DNA of 64,000 nucleotides from Candidatus Hydrogenedens sp. (lineage in GTDB: Bacteria > Hydrogenedentota > Hydrogenedentia > Hydrogenedentales > Hydrogenedentaceae), in assembly GCA_049968235.1 (NCBI GenBank), contig JBMFRC010000015.1, forward strand, positions 10,815 through 74,814, given 5' to 3'. The notes beneath the pieces were generated by a model that saw only the letters and a program-made list of their open reading frames with translations, was not told the DNA's origin and did not search any database. Shown in pieces: positions 18,963-28,181 of the stretch. The stretch's first letter is position 1. Each line of letters begins with the position of its first letter. The position numbers and the translations under genes were made by a program.

Positions 18963-21900
18963 ATGAGAAAATCTGTATATTTTTTGTGTTTTCAAAGCAT
19001 CCTATTTTTCACAATATTGTTGACAATTACAGGTTGTCCTCGAGAAGAAGTGGGAGGTTATTTAATTGTAGAACCGACATCGGTGGATTTGGGTTCTAAT
19101 GATGATAGTGCAGACATTCTGGTATGGAAAAATACAACGACCAGTTCTATAGGTCCAATTGTTGTTGAATCCCAAATTCCGTGGATTTCTGTGGAAGGTT
19201 GTGCTACTGTTAATGATGAATGTTATAGTTTGGGACCTTTGGATAAAAAACGCATACGGATAAGAATAGACAGGGAAAAAACAGACCTCGGACCTAATTC
19301 AGGAAATATAATCGTTCGGGCTACGAATGCTCCTTCAACAACGGTCCTGATAACTTTAATTGATTTAATAAAAGTGGATTTTGATGCTTCGAGTAAATTT
19401 ACGACAGTAAACGAGGCAATTAGATTTTTTAATCAAAGTGCAGTTCAATCAGGGACTATACGAAAAGTAACATGGGATTTTGGAGATGGTCAAACCTCTA
19501 ATGATTATAATCCAACATATTTCTATCAGAAACCCGGTAATTATACAGTTACCTTGACTGTAGAGACTGATAAAGGTATTGAGAAAAGAGTAAAAGAGAA
19601 TTTTATAAATGTAATTAGTGGTAACCTTACTGTTGATTTTTCTGCAAGTTCTCAGATAGTTCTATTGGGCGAGGAAGTTCAGTTAATAGATAGAAGTCGT
19701 TCCGAAAAAGAAAATATTATTAATCGTTTCTGGGATTTCGGAGATGGAAAAACCAGTAATGAAGTAAATCCAAGGCATAAATATGAAAATCCTGGAATTT
19801 ATTCCGTTACTTTAACTGTATATACAGAGAATCAAAATAAATCATTAACTAAAGAAGGGTATATAACTGTTCAAGAAGGTGTGCCTCCTAAAGCAAAATT
19901 CTCTGTTAGTCAAATCAAACCATTTATATATATTCCGGTTCAATTTTCTGATTTATCGGAAGCAGGAAGTTCGCCTATTACTGACTGGTTATGGGATTTT
20001 GGCGATGGAAACACTTCAACAGAACAAAATCCGCAATATGCGTTCACAAGGATTGGGAATCAGCAAATAAAATTAACAGTTAAGAACAAGTTCGGTATTA
20101 GTTCCTTTTCACTGCCTGTAGAAGTTATTTATCTACCTCCTACCGCAGAATTTTCTGCTGAACCACTTGTTTTGTATGAAGGAGAATCGGTTTTCTTTGC
20201 TGATTTATCCATAAAGGGGACAGAACGAATCATTCGCTGGTTGTGGAATTTTGGAGATGGTGGTACCGAGACCATAGAATATCAACCCTATTCTCATGAG
20301 AATGGGAATACAAGATATGCCTATGCACAACCCGGTATTTATTCCGTATCTCTAACGGTAAATACAAGCACAACTTCAAATAATGAAAGTAGTATTACAA
20401 AAAGTTCTTATATTACAGTTCACAAACCACCTGTGCCCCAATTAAGTGTTTCTACAAGAAGCCCTGTAATACAGAAAGAAGTGCTTTTCCTCAATCGAAC
20501 AGCAATAGGAACAGAGACAGAGTTGACTTTTGAATGGAATTTTGGCGATGGGTCTCCTGTCAAAACTATGAACACTACGGATTCTGTTTCACATATTTAT
20601 TCAGAAGCCGGAGTTTATGATGTTACATTAAAGGTAAAAACGCCATTAAAAACATTCGAAAGTGAACCTGTTAAAGTTTATGTAGATGCTCCACCTATTC
20701 CAGATTTTGAGTATACCCCCAAACGGATAACAGTAGAAGATTTAGTACAGTTTACGGATTTGTCTAACTCTGAAGGAACTCGACCTATAATAGGTTGGGT
20801 ATGGTCATTTGGCGATGGTTCTGGTGTATCAACCATGCAAAACCCAACACATCGCTTTGAAAGTCCCGGAAAATATAAAGTAGAGTTGTATTTAGTATTT
20901 ACCCATTCCAAGAGTGGAGAGCAACTTAAAACATCTGCAGTTTCAAAAACATTGACCATCGGTTCTGCAATTCCTCCAACAGCCGGATTTAAAATTGAAA
21001 GTCCTTGTGCCATTGTAGGAAGTGAAGTAAAGTTTTACGACCAATCAAAAACGGGAACAGCACCCATTGTCAGTTGGGAATGGGATTTTGGTGATGGTGA
21101 AACTTCAAATGACCCATCACCAATACATGTATATTCTACTCCAGGAACTTATACCGTAAAATTAAAAGTTCAAACAGAAGGGGGACTTGAATCAGAAGTC
21201 GTAAAACAAGATTGCATAGACGTAAGTAATTATGCAAGTCCTTTAGATATATTTGTAAGAGAACGCGACTCTGAATATACATGGACAACGCCGGTAGAAT
21301 ATCCTGTAAATTATACCTCAGGTTCAGTTTCTATACGATTAGCGACCGCATATATAACGCGAATGACATCACAAGCCTGGCGCGAGGCAGATGATTTGTA
21401 TAGTGGAAGAATATGGAAACATAATTTGGCCATTATTGTTCCAGAACGAAAACGAAATAATACCGCCTTATTATTCATTGATGGAGGTAACATCAATAGT
21501 AATCCACCTAATGAATCAGAAAGACTGTTCTTTGGTGAACTTGCCGCTTTATCCGGCTCTGTAATTGTTCATATAGACAATGTTCCTAACCAGCCTATTG
21601 TATTTATCGATGACTACGATGCAGAAAGGAATGTTATTCTTAAGTCGCGTACAGAGGATGACATTATTGCTTATAGTTATGACAAGTATATGAATGAATA
21701 TAAGAATGGTAACGACGATTATCATTGGCCATTATTACTGGCAATGGCAAAATCTGCTGTCCGTGCTATGGATACAACCCAATTTATATTGGAAGATAAT
21801 GCACCATCGGAATTTATTATATCAGGAGGTTCGAAACGCGGATGGACTACATGGTTAACAGGATTAACAGACTGTCGTATAAAAGCAATAGCTCCACTTG

Positions 21901-23726
21901 TTATAGATGTCCTGAATATGGACAAGCAAATGGAACATCATAAAAATGTCTACGGTTATTGGGCACCTTCTATTTATGCCTATGCACAGATGAAAGTTTT
22001 TGACAGACTTATTCCTGACGGCGGAAATCTGTTACCTGAAGCAGAGGCTCTTCTAAAACTTATAGACCCGTATGAGTATTTGGAAAGAATGCAGAATATT
22101 CCCAAGTTTATTTTAAATTCATCCTGCGATGAATTCTTTGTACCCGATTCTTCTTTATGGTATTTCAAGGATTTGTTGGGAGAGAAATATCTAAATTATG
22201 TTCCTAATGTCTCTCATGGACTTGGGAATGAATTTAGTTTTGAGACAGATGCGGTGCAAAATTTGTTCGCATGGTTTTTAGCAAAAACTCAAAATATTCA
22301 ATTACCCACTTTCACATGGCAGAAGGTTACAAATGGAAATGCAAATACATTACAGGTGGTTGTAAATAGCCAGTTTACATCTTTAATAAAAGAAGTAAAA
22401 CTATGGCAATGCAATAATCCATATGCAAGAGATTTTAGAAAATACAAGATTGATAGCATTGGAGTTCAGTATCAAAGTGAAATATTACAACCTGTAACCC
22501 CGGGCGTTTATCAAGCAACGGTAAATACCCCTTCACAGGGCTATACGGCGTATTTTATTCAGTTAACATTTAATAATCCAGCAAGATTTCAAATGGCGGT
22601 TCCGGGGCTAACAGTTCCTTCATTAGTCTATACAACTTCTATTTATATCACTCCGGAAACTTATCCTGAATACACCTCGGAGAGATACACAAATTACAAA
22701 TATCCATATTTAGTTCTTCGTGGTTCTCCTTACGAAATGGGTAGAGACTATGGAGATTTAATGAGAAATGAAATCATAAACCATGCTAATTATGTGTTGA
22801 GCAATTTAGGGAGATTTGGTGTTACTCAGACAAATCTTGATAACGCGTGGAGTATTCAACAAGGAAATCTTGATGAGAGAATACAACAAGAATTGCAGGG
22901 TATTTCAGATAGCACAGGAATTAATTATGACGCATTAGGGAAACTGCAATTGGTTGAATGCCTGAGTCCGTATTCGACCACAAAATCTTCGGGGTCTTTA
23001 TTATGGTCAACGGCTACCAATATGCCTTCATTCTTCGATTACGCCCCATTAATTCAAACTTATTCATTAAATAGACAGTTGTATAATGGTGGACAACAAA
23101 CCTACCCGGTGGTTATATTTTATATACCTGAACATGGATTTCCCCATGTGTTATTCACTTTCGCCGGAATGGTTGTTAGTAGAGCAGGAGTTAATGTGGC
23201 AGGATTAACATATGGAGATATACCTGTATCTGGTGAAAGTGTCGTGCTGAATGAGAATATGCTAACTGCATTTCGTAGTGCAATGTATGATGTCAATAGA
23301 CTAAATTCACTTATAGAATGGACGGATATGTCTTCGTTAGGTAGATTGCACTCCTATTTATTAGGAGATGGAAGATACGAATTAAGAGGTGCAAAATATC
23401 TGGTCAAATCATCATCAAGGTTGTTAGTAAGAGATAATGATACAAATGATGATTATCGACCTAATATCTTACCAAATATTGTTTATGATGCTGATACGGC
23501 AACGAGGGCAAATAATATTTATACATTAATCCGAGATAACTATGGACAATTAGTTATATCTGGGCTATATACCTTATCACAAAGGGGAGCCGTTGCTAAT
23601 TCAAACTTGATGAATCTTGTAATTGATGCTACCGCTTTGAAGGGATATATTGCTGTTGCGAATGGGACACAAGGCGCCTCTACACAAACATTTGAAATCT
23701 ATGATTTTCAATCTATTTTACCGTAA
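18963..23726 (+). CDS. large surface lipoprotein: 7 x PKD domains + PhoPQ-related (PqaA-like) alpha/beta-hydrolase domain + C45 (acyl-CoA:6-APA acyltransferase-like) Ntn-hydrolase domain
   Basis: The ORF track opens at a TTG (18915). The ATG at 18963 has a GGAG RBS and gives 'MRKSVYFLCFQSILFFTILLTITGC', a signal peptide with lipobox ITGC. There are seven repeats carrying 'W(D/N/S)FGDG' PKD signatures. The central region matches the PhoPQ-related family ('IWKHNLAIIVPE', 'SGGSKRGWTTWLTG', 'MEHHKNVYGYWAPS'). The C-terminus matches C45 peptidases ('LVLRGSPYEMGRDYG', candidate nucleophile 'ECLSPYS', 'FAGMVVSRAGVNVAGLTYGDI'). Confidence 0.7.
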   Translation: MRKSVYFLCFQSILFFTILLTITGCPREEVGGYLIVEPTSVDLGSNDDSADILVWKNTTTSSIGPIVVESQIPWISVEGCATVNDECYSLGPLDKKRIRIRIDREKTDLGPNSGNIIVRATNAPSTTVLITLIDLIKVDFDASSKFTTVNEAIRFFNQSAVQSGTIRKVTWDFGDGQTSNDYNPTYFYQKPGNYTVTLTVETDKGIEKRVKENFINVISGNLTVDFSASSQIVLLGEEVQLIDRSRSEKENIINRFWDFGDGKTSNEVNPRHKYENPGIYSVTLTVYTENQNKSLTKEGYITVQEGVPPKAKFSVSQIKPFIYIPVQFSDLSEAGSSPITDWLWDFGDGNTSTEQNPQYAFTRIGNQQIKLTVKNKFGISSFSLPVEVIYLPPTAEFSAEPLVLYEGESVFFADLSIKGTERIIRWLWNFGDGGTETIEYQPYSHENGNTRYAYAQPGIYSVSLTVNTSTTSNNESSITKSSYITVHKPPVPQLSVSTRSPVIQKEVLFLNRTAIGTETELTFEWNFGDGSPVKTMNTTDSVSHIYSEAGVYDVTLKVKTPLKTFESEPVKVYVDAPPIPDFEYTPKRITVEDLVQFTDLSNSEGTRPIIGWVWSFGDGSGVSTMQNPTHRFESPGKYKVELYLVFTHSKSGEQLKTSAVSKTLTIGSAIPPTAGFKIESPCAIVGSEVKFYDQSKTGTAPIVSWEWDFGDGETSNDPSPIHVYSTPGTYTVKLKVQTEGGLESEVVKQDCIDVSNYASPLDIFVRERDSEYTWTTPVEYPVNYTSGSVSIRLATAYITRMTSQAWREADDLYSGRIWKHNLAIIVPERKRNNTALLFIDGGNINSNPPNESERLFFGELAALSGSVIVHIDNVPNQPIVFIDDYDAERNVILKSRTEDDIIAYSYDKYMNEYKNGNDDYHWPLLLAMAKSAVRAMDTTQFILEDNAPSEFIISGGSKRGWTTWLTGLTDCRIKAIAPLVIDVLNMDKQMEHHKNVYGYWAPSIYAYAQMKVFDRLIPDGGNLLPEAEALLKLIDPYEYLERMQNIPKFILNSSCDEFFVPDSSLWYFKDLLGEKYLNYVPNVSHGLGNEFSFETDAVQNLFAWFLAKTQNIQLPTFTWQKVTNGNANTLQVVVNSQFTSLIKEVKLWQCNNPYARDFRKYKIDSIGVQYQSEILQPVTPGVYQATVNTPSQGYTAYFIQLTFNNPARFQMAVPGLTVPSLVYTTSIYITPETYPEYTSERYTNYKYPYLVLRGSPYEMGRDYGDLMRNEIINHANYVLSNLGRFGVTQTNLDNAWSIQQGNLDERIQQELQGISDSTGINYDALGKLQLVECLSPYSTTKSSGSLLWSTATNMPSFFDYAPLIQTYSLNRQLYNGGQQTYPVVIFYIPEHGFPHVLFTFAGMVVSRAGVNVAGLTYGDIPVSGESVVLNENMLTAFRSAMYDVNRLNSLIEWTDMSSLGRLHSYLLGDGRYELRGAKYLVKSSSRLLVRDNDTNDDYRPNILPNIVYDADTATRANNIYTLIRDNYGQLVISGLYTLSQRGAVANSNLMNLVIDATALKGYIAVANGTQGASTQTFEIYDFQSILP
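19350..21230 (+). repeat. tandem array of seven PKD-domain-encoding repeats (~260-290 nt period) inside the lipoprotein gene
   Basis: Recurring TGGGATTTTGG(A/C/T)GATGG-like segments at ~19474, 19731, 19993, 20243, 20536, 20807 and 21081. Similarity is at protein level with partial nucleotide similarity. Confidence 0.7.
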
Positions 23727-23785
23727 GTAAAAAGTTTTGTATAGGGTTACTAAAACTAACGGGCATAATAAGTGGAGTAGTATAA

Positions 23786-24784
23786 ATGACAGAATTAGTT
23801 AAATGTATTTCCCGTGGAAATAATGTTCTTGAAAAACTGAGTGAATTAAGAGGGAAAACTTTAGTCGTTTCAATGGATATCCCATGGAAAGGTGTTCAAA
23901 AATATATTTCATGGGAACCTACAGAGATTATCTGGGCACAGGAGATGGGATTAAATATTATTGAAAATCTGGAAAAGAAACTGGCTGATTTTGATTGGGT
24001 AGTCGGAATAGGTGGAGGCGTAAGTTGTGACCTCGCAAAGTATATTGCATGGAAGAGAAACATCCCATTAGTATTAGTTCCAACCATAGTTTCTGTAGAT
24101 GCCCCATTTACACCATCCATTGCAATAAGAGAAGATAATGTAGTCCGTTATATCGGAAACATTATCCCAAATCATATATTTGTAGATTATCGAATAATTC
24201 AAGATGCTCCCCCTCATCTAAATAGGGCAGGAGTTGCAGACTTATTAAGTATTCATACTGCATTGTGGGATTGGAAGTGTTCCGCAGAGAATAACAACGA
24301 AAAATATGACGCCCAAATCGCCCATGAAGCAGAGGAATGTCTAATAGAAATAGATAAGATGGCAGAGGAAATATATAATGTTACCCCTCAAGGAATAGAT
24401 ACAATTGTGAATTTATATTGTAAAGAGGTAGAATTGTGCAATACATTTGGAAATGCACGACCCGAAGAAGGTTCCGAACATATTGTTGCCTATCATGTAG
24501 AGTATTTAACCAAAAGACAATTTCTACATGGAGATTTGGTAGGTATGGGTATTTTTTGTATGAGCAGATTACAGGAAAATAAAGTCGAATGGATAACGAA
24601 TTTATTGAAAAGATGTGGTGTTAAATTTCAAGTTGATGGTTTATCAAAAGATGAAATATTACAAACTTTATTAGGGTTAAAAAAATTTAAAGATGATACA
24701 GGATTATTTTATAGTGTAATTGATGTAAAAACGATTACAAATGAATTTGCAAACAATATATTAAATGAACTTAACTTAATATAA
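23786..24784 (+). CDS. glycerol-1-phosphate dehydrogenase (AraM/EgsA)-like, dehydroquinate-synthase-like fold
   Basis: 332 aa. 'GIGGGVSCDLAKYIA' and 'PLVLVPTIVSVDAPFTPS' resemble the G1PDH nucleotide and substrate loops (GGG..D.aK / PTtaS.D). GGAG RBS. Confidence 0.5.
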   Translation: MTELVKCISRGNNVLEKLSELRGKTLVVSMDIPWKGVQKYISWEPTEIIWAQEMGLNIIENLEKKLADFDWVVGIGGGVSCDLAKYIAWKRNIPLVLVPTIVSVDAPFTPSIAIREDNVVRYIGNIIPNHIFVDYRIIQDAPPHLNRAGVADLLSIHTALWDWKCSAENNNEKYDAQIAHEAEECLIEIDKMAEEIYNVTPQGIDTIVNLYCKEVELCNTFGNARPEEGSEHIVAYHVEYLTKRQFLHGDLVGMGIFCMSRLQENKVEWITNLLKRCGVKFQVDGLSKDEILQTLLGLKKFKDDTGLFYSVIDVKTITNEFANNILNELNLI

Positions 24785-24799
24785 AAGAAGGAAAGGGAT

Positions 24800-27223
24800 A
24801 TGGAAAAGATGATAGTAATAATTATGATTTCATTGATTTTGTTACTCGGAATATCAATGAAAACCTTGGCAGATGCGAAAACTTTTATAGAAGGAAAGCC
24901 TATCTGGTTAAAAGAACGAACAAAGGTGATGAATGATTTTGCAGGATTTCGAGCTATTTTCAGCGTGGATAATACAGAGAATGTTCTATTACGTTGTGCT
25001 GGACATGATTTTTACAGAGTTTATATCAATGGTACATTTGTGCTCTACGGTCCTGCAAGAGGACCACATGGTTTCCATCGCGTAGATGAAATAAATATAT
25101 CGAATCATTTACAAAAAGGAGAAAATATTCTTGCCATAGAAGCAATTGTATATAATGTAAATGGATATGGTATTACCAACCAGCCGGGGTTTATTCAAGC
25201 AGAGGTTATACAGGGAAAGAAGGTTTTATGTGCAACAGGCTCAGAAAAACATCCCTTTATGGGTTTCGATTTAAATTATAAGTTCAAAAAGGTAGAGCGT
25301 TATAGTTTCCAGAGAGGTTTCTCAGAAGCCTATCGTCTAACCCCACAATCATTGGATTGGATAATGAAAAAGGAAAATGCCCCTACTCCTTATGAAATAG
25401 AAATTTTAGAAAACAAAGCACTTATTTCTCGAGGTGTTCCCATGCCCACATTTGAAAAAATATTACCTGAAAAAGTGATTATTGAAGGTAAAGTGAATTT
25501 ACAAAAACCTATAGAAAAACCATGGATTAATAAGAGTGTTGAACCAAGAGCAGATTTTCTCGGGTATCCCTTTGACCAACTTGAATATTCCCCTCCGAAA
25601 GATTTTCAAAAAATGACTATTGAAAAGGGAGAACGAAAAGAACAATCAGTAAATTTTCCACTTTCCATCAATGCAGAAACTTATAATATATTTGATTTTG
25701 GAAGAAGTATGACAGGCTTTGTCTGTTTGAAAATAAAGGTAGATGAACCCACAAAGGTATTTATCACTTTCGATGAAATGTTAAGAAATGAAACTGTGGA
25801 CTGGAAACGATTGGGTTGCCATAATGTTATAGCATTACATTTATCCGAGAAGGGAGAATATAATTTTGAATCTATTGAGCCTTATACATTTAGATACATG
25901 CAAATTTCTAATACAAATACATCGAGTACAATTATATCAACAGGTATAAAACTTTATGAAAATCCAGAAGCCAAAAAAGCAAAGTTTCTATGTTCTGATG
26001 AACGATTGAACCGAATTTTTGAAGCAGGTAGAGCCACGTTTGCTCAAAATGCCGTAGATATTTTTATGGATTGCCCTCACAGAGAAAGAGCGGGTTGGTT
26101 ATGTGATTCATTCTTTACATCACGGGCAGGTCTCGTTTTGACGGGTAATACAACAGTAGAAAAAAATTTCTTTGAAAACTTTATGCTCCCTCCTAAATTC
26201 GAGTTCTTGCCGGATGGAATGTTACCTATGTGTTATCCTTCGGACCATAATAATGGACAATTTATCCCCAATTGGGCTATGTGGTTTGTTATTCAACTCG
26301 GCGAATATGCAAAAAGAAGCAACGATTGGGATCTGGTAAATGCTCTTAAACCTAAAGTGTTAGCATTGGTTAAATTTTTTGACGCCTACAAAAATTCTGA
26401 TGGACTATTAGAAAAATTGCCCAGTTGGGTTTTCATTGAGTGGTCAAAAGCCAATGATTTTGTTCAGGATGTGAATTATCCATCGAATATGTTATTTGCA
26501 GGTGTCCTTGATACTGTGGCTGAATTATATAAACTGCCCGAATATAAACAAGAGGCAGAAAAAATTAGAGATACCATACGCAAACAATCTTTTGATGGAA
26601 CTTTCTTTGTAGATAATGCAGTTCGTAAAGATGGAAAATTAGAAGTTACTCGTAATCGCACTGAAGTATGCCAGTATTTCGCCTTCTTCTTTAAAGTCGC
26701 AACGAGAGAAACTCATCCCGATTTGTGGAATATATTAAGAAATGATTTCGGACCACATCGGAAAGAGAATAACAAATACCCCGAAATTCATCTGGCGAAT
26801 TCATTTATAGGAAATGTTCTCCGTGCTGAATTATTAACATTGAGTGGAGAAGGTGATAAGGTCCTTGACGAATCCGTAGGCTATCTGGATTACATGGCTC
26901 AAAGAACTGGAACTTTGTGGGAAAATGTTGATGATGGAGCCAGTCTAAATCATGGTTTCGCTTCCCATGTTGTATATATTTATGACAGGGTAGCGATGGG
27001 TATTAGCGAATATAACCCTGTTAATAAAAAGGTAAAAATTGTATTCCGTCCATTATCATTAAAATACTGTGAAGGAGAAATTCCTGTAGCCAATAATCAA
27101 AGTATAAAAATTAAGTGGCAACAGGATGATAACACAATAAGATATCTCATAAGTGTGCCAGATGATTATTCCATTGAAATAGAAAACCTAACAGGTAAAA
27201 ATTTGGTTAAAGAAACGAATTAA
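24800..27223 (+). CDS. secreted glycoside hydrolase, GH78 alpha-L-rhamnosidase-like
   Basis: 807 aa. N-terminal signal peptide. 'FMDCPHRERAGWLCDSFF' resembles the conserved GH78 'DCPxRxERxGWxGD' catalytic-region motif, in a six-hairpin-sized C-terminal half. Confidence 0.55.
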   Translation: MEKMIVIIMISLILLLGISMKTLADAKTFIEGKPIWLKERTKVMNDFAGFRAIFSVDNTENVLLRCAGHDFYRVYINGTFVLYGPARGPHGFHRVDEINISNHLQKGENILAIEAIVYNVNGYGITNQPGFIQAEVIQGKKVLCATGSEKHPFMGFDLNYKFKKVERYSFQRGFSEAYRLTPQSLDWIMKKENAPTPYEIEILENKALISRGVPMPTFEKILPEKVIIEGKVNLQKPIEKPWINKSVEPRADFLGYPFDQLEYSPPKDFQKMTIEKGERKEQSVNFPLSINAETYNIFDFGRSMTGFVCLKIKVDEPTKVFITFDEMLRNETVDWKRLGCHNVIALHLSEKGEYNFESIEPYTFRYMQISNTNTSSTIISTGIKLYENPEAKKAKFLCSDERLNRIFEAGRATFAQNAVDIFMDCPHRERAGWLCDSFFTSRAGLVLTGNTTVEKNFFENFMLPPKFEFLPDGMLPMCYPSDHNNGQFIPNWAMWFVIQLGEYAKRSNDWDLVNALKPKVLALVKFFDAYKNSDGLLEKLPSWVFIEWSKANDFVQDVNYPSNMLFAGVLDTVAELYKLPEYKQEAEKIRDTIRKQSFDGTFFVDNAVRKDGKLEVTRNRTEVCQYFAFFFKVATRETHPDLWNILRNDFGPHRKENNKYPEIHLANSFIGNVLRAELLTLSGEGDKVLDESVGYLDYMAQRTGTLWENVDDGASLNHGFASHVVYIYDRVAMGISEYNPVNKKVKIVFRPLSLKYCEGEIPVANNQSIKIKWQQDDNTIRYLISVPDDYSIEIENLTGKNLVKETN

Positions 27224-27236
27224 TTATTCATTGTAG

Positions 27237-28148
27237 TTAACCAATAAAATATTGAAAATTCTTATCAATAAGAGGCTCTATATCTTTCTTATAGATAATC
27301 GGTTCACTCACTTCATTTTTATGTTGTTCCCAAAAAGATTTCCACTCTTCTATATTATCAATTTTTTTATTGTTTAATTCTATTTTCCACAGGTTATTTA
27401 ATGCTTCTTTACTCGAATTGGCAATTCTTGGTTCTGGATGGCTAAGGTTTTCTATAAGAACAGGTGTTACAGATTTTAATCCTACATGGGCTATTGCATA
27501 ATTTGTTATGATACATACATCGATATCCGGGTCAACTAACCCACGAATAATTAAATTATAACTTTCTGTATCTTTTGCAATGGCTAAAAGTTCAATGGCT
27601 TTTCCACGTACTGTCGGTGCGGAATCAAGAATTTTATCTCTTAAAATTTTTATCGTTTTATCTTTATTTATCTTATATAAAATTTCTAAAATATGCGGTG
27701 TGATTGTAGGGGAATAAGAGGGAAGATAGTATTCTAAATAAGGGAAGATATCCATTGTTTTTTGAAGTTCTAATAATCCATTTTTAGCAGTAACACGGTC
27801 AACTTCTTCGCCCCATTGAATTCTACTAATTAGTGCTTCAACCTGTGCTCGTTGGTCTTTATTTAATCCCGTTTTTTCGGTAAGTAATTTGTCTTTTTCT
27901 TCCCATTCCTTTTTTGCTTCATCTAAATTTATTTCACCTGTTTTATCGTTTTTTTGGATGTTAGCAATTTCGTCTTTTGTGTATTTAAATATTTTCTTCC
28001 CTACCTGTATCGTGTAAATTCCATCGGCTGATTCATCAACGATTTGCCCATCAAAAGTAATACCACTTTTTAAGGTAAAGGTATCTGGAAAAGTGAAAAT
28101 ACATATAAAAGACGCGAACAAAAAAGCAAAAATGAACCTTATACCCAT
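27237..28148 (-). CDS. secreted HEAT/PBS-lyase-repeat protein
   Basis: 303 aa. N-terminal hydrophobic signal. C-terminal 'RGKAIELLAIAKDTESYNLIIRGLVDPDIDVCIITNYAIAHVG...' resembles E/Z-type HEAT repeats. Only 33 nt downstream of the GspK-like gene on the same strand. Confidence 0.45.
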   Translation of the reverse strand: MGIRFIFAFLFASFICIFTFPDTFTLKSGITFDGQIVDESADGIYTIQVGKKIFKYTKDEIANIQKNDKTGEINLDEAKKEWEEKDKLLTEKTGLNKDQRAQVEALISRIQWGEEVDRVTAKNGLLELQKTMDIFPYLEYYLPSYSPTITPHILEILYKINKDKTIKILRDKILDSAPTVRGKAIELLAIAKDTESYNLIIRGLVDPDIDVCIITNYAIAHVGLKSVTPVLIENLSHPEPRIANSSKEALNNLWKIELNNKKIDNIEEWKSFWEQHKNEVSEPIIYKKDIEPLIDKNFQYFIG

Positions 28149-28181
28149 TTTAATCCTCCTATAAAAGATATTTATTAAAAA

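Noticed and set aside
23730-23760. Imperfect AGTTTTGTA...TACTAAAACT inverted repeat after the lipoprotein gene
   Set aside because: Mismatched 6-7-bp stem with no T-tract. Not convincing as a terminator.
23786-24784. Reading the G1PDH-like gene as direct evidence for archaeal-type lipid synthesis
   Set aside because: No GGGPS-like gene is in the window. Adjacency to a secreted glycosidase mirrors B. subtilis araM in a sugar operon. This is kept only as a hypothesis to test.
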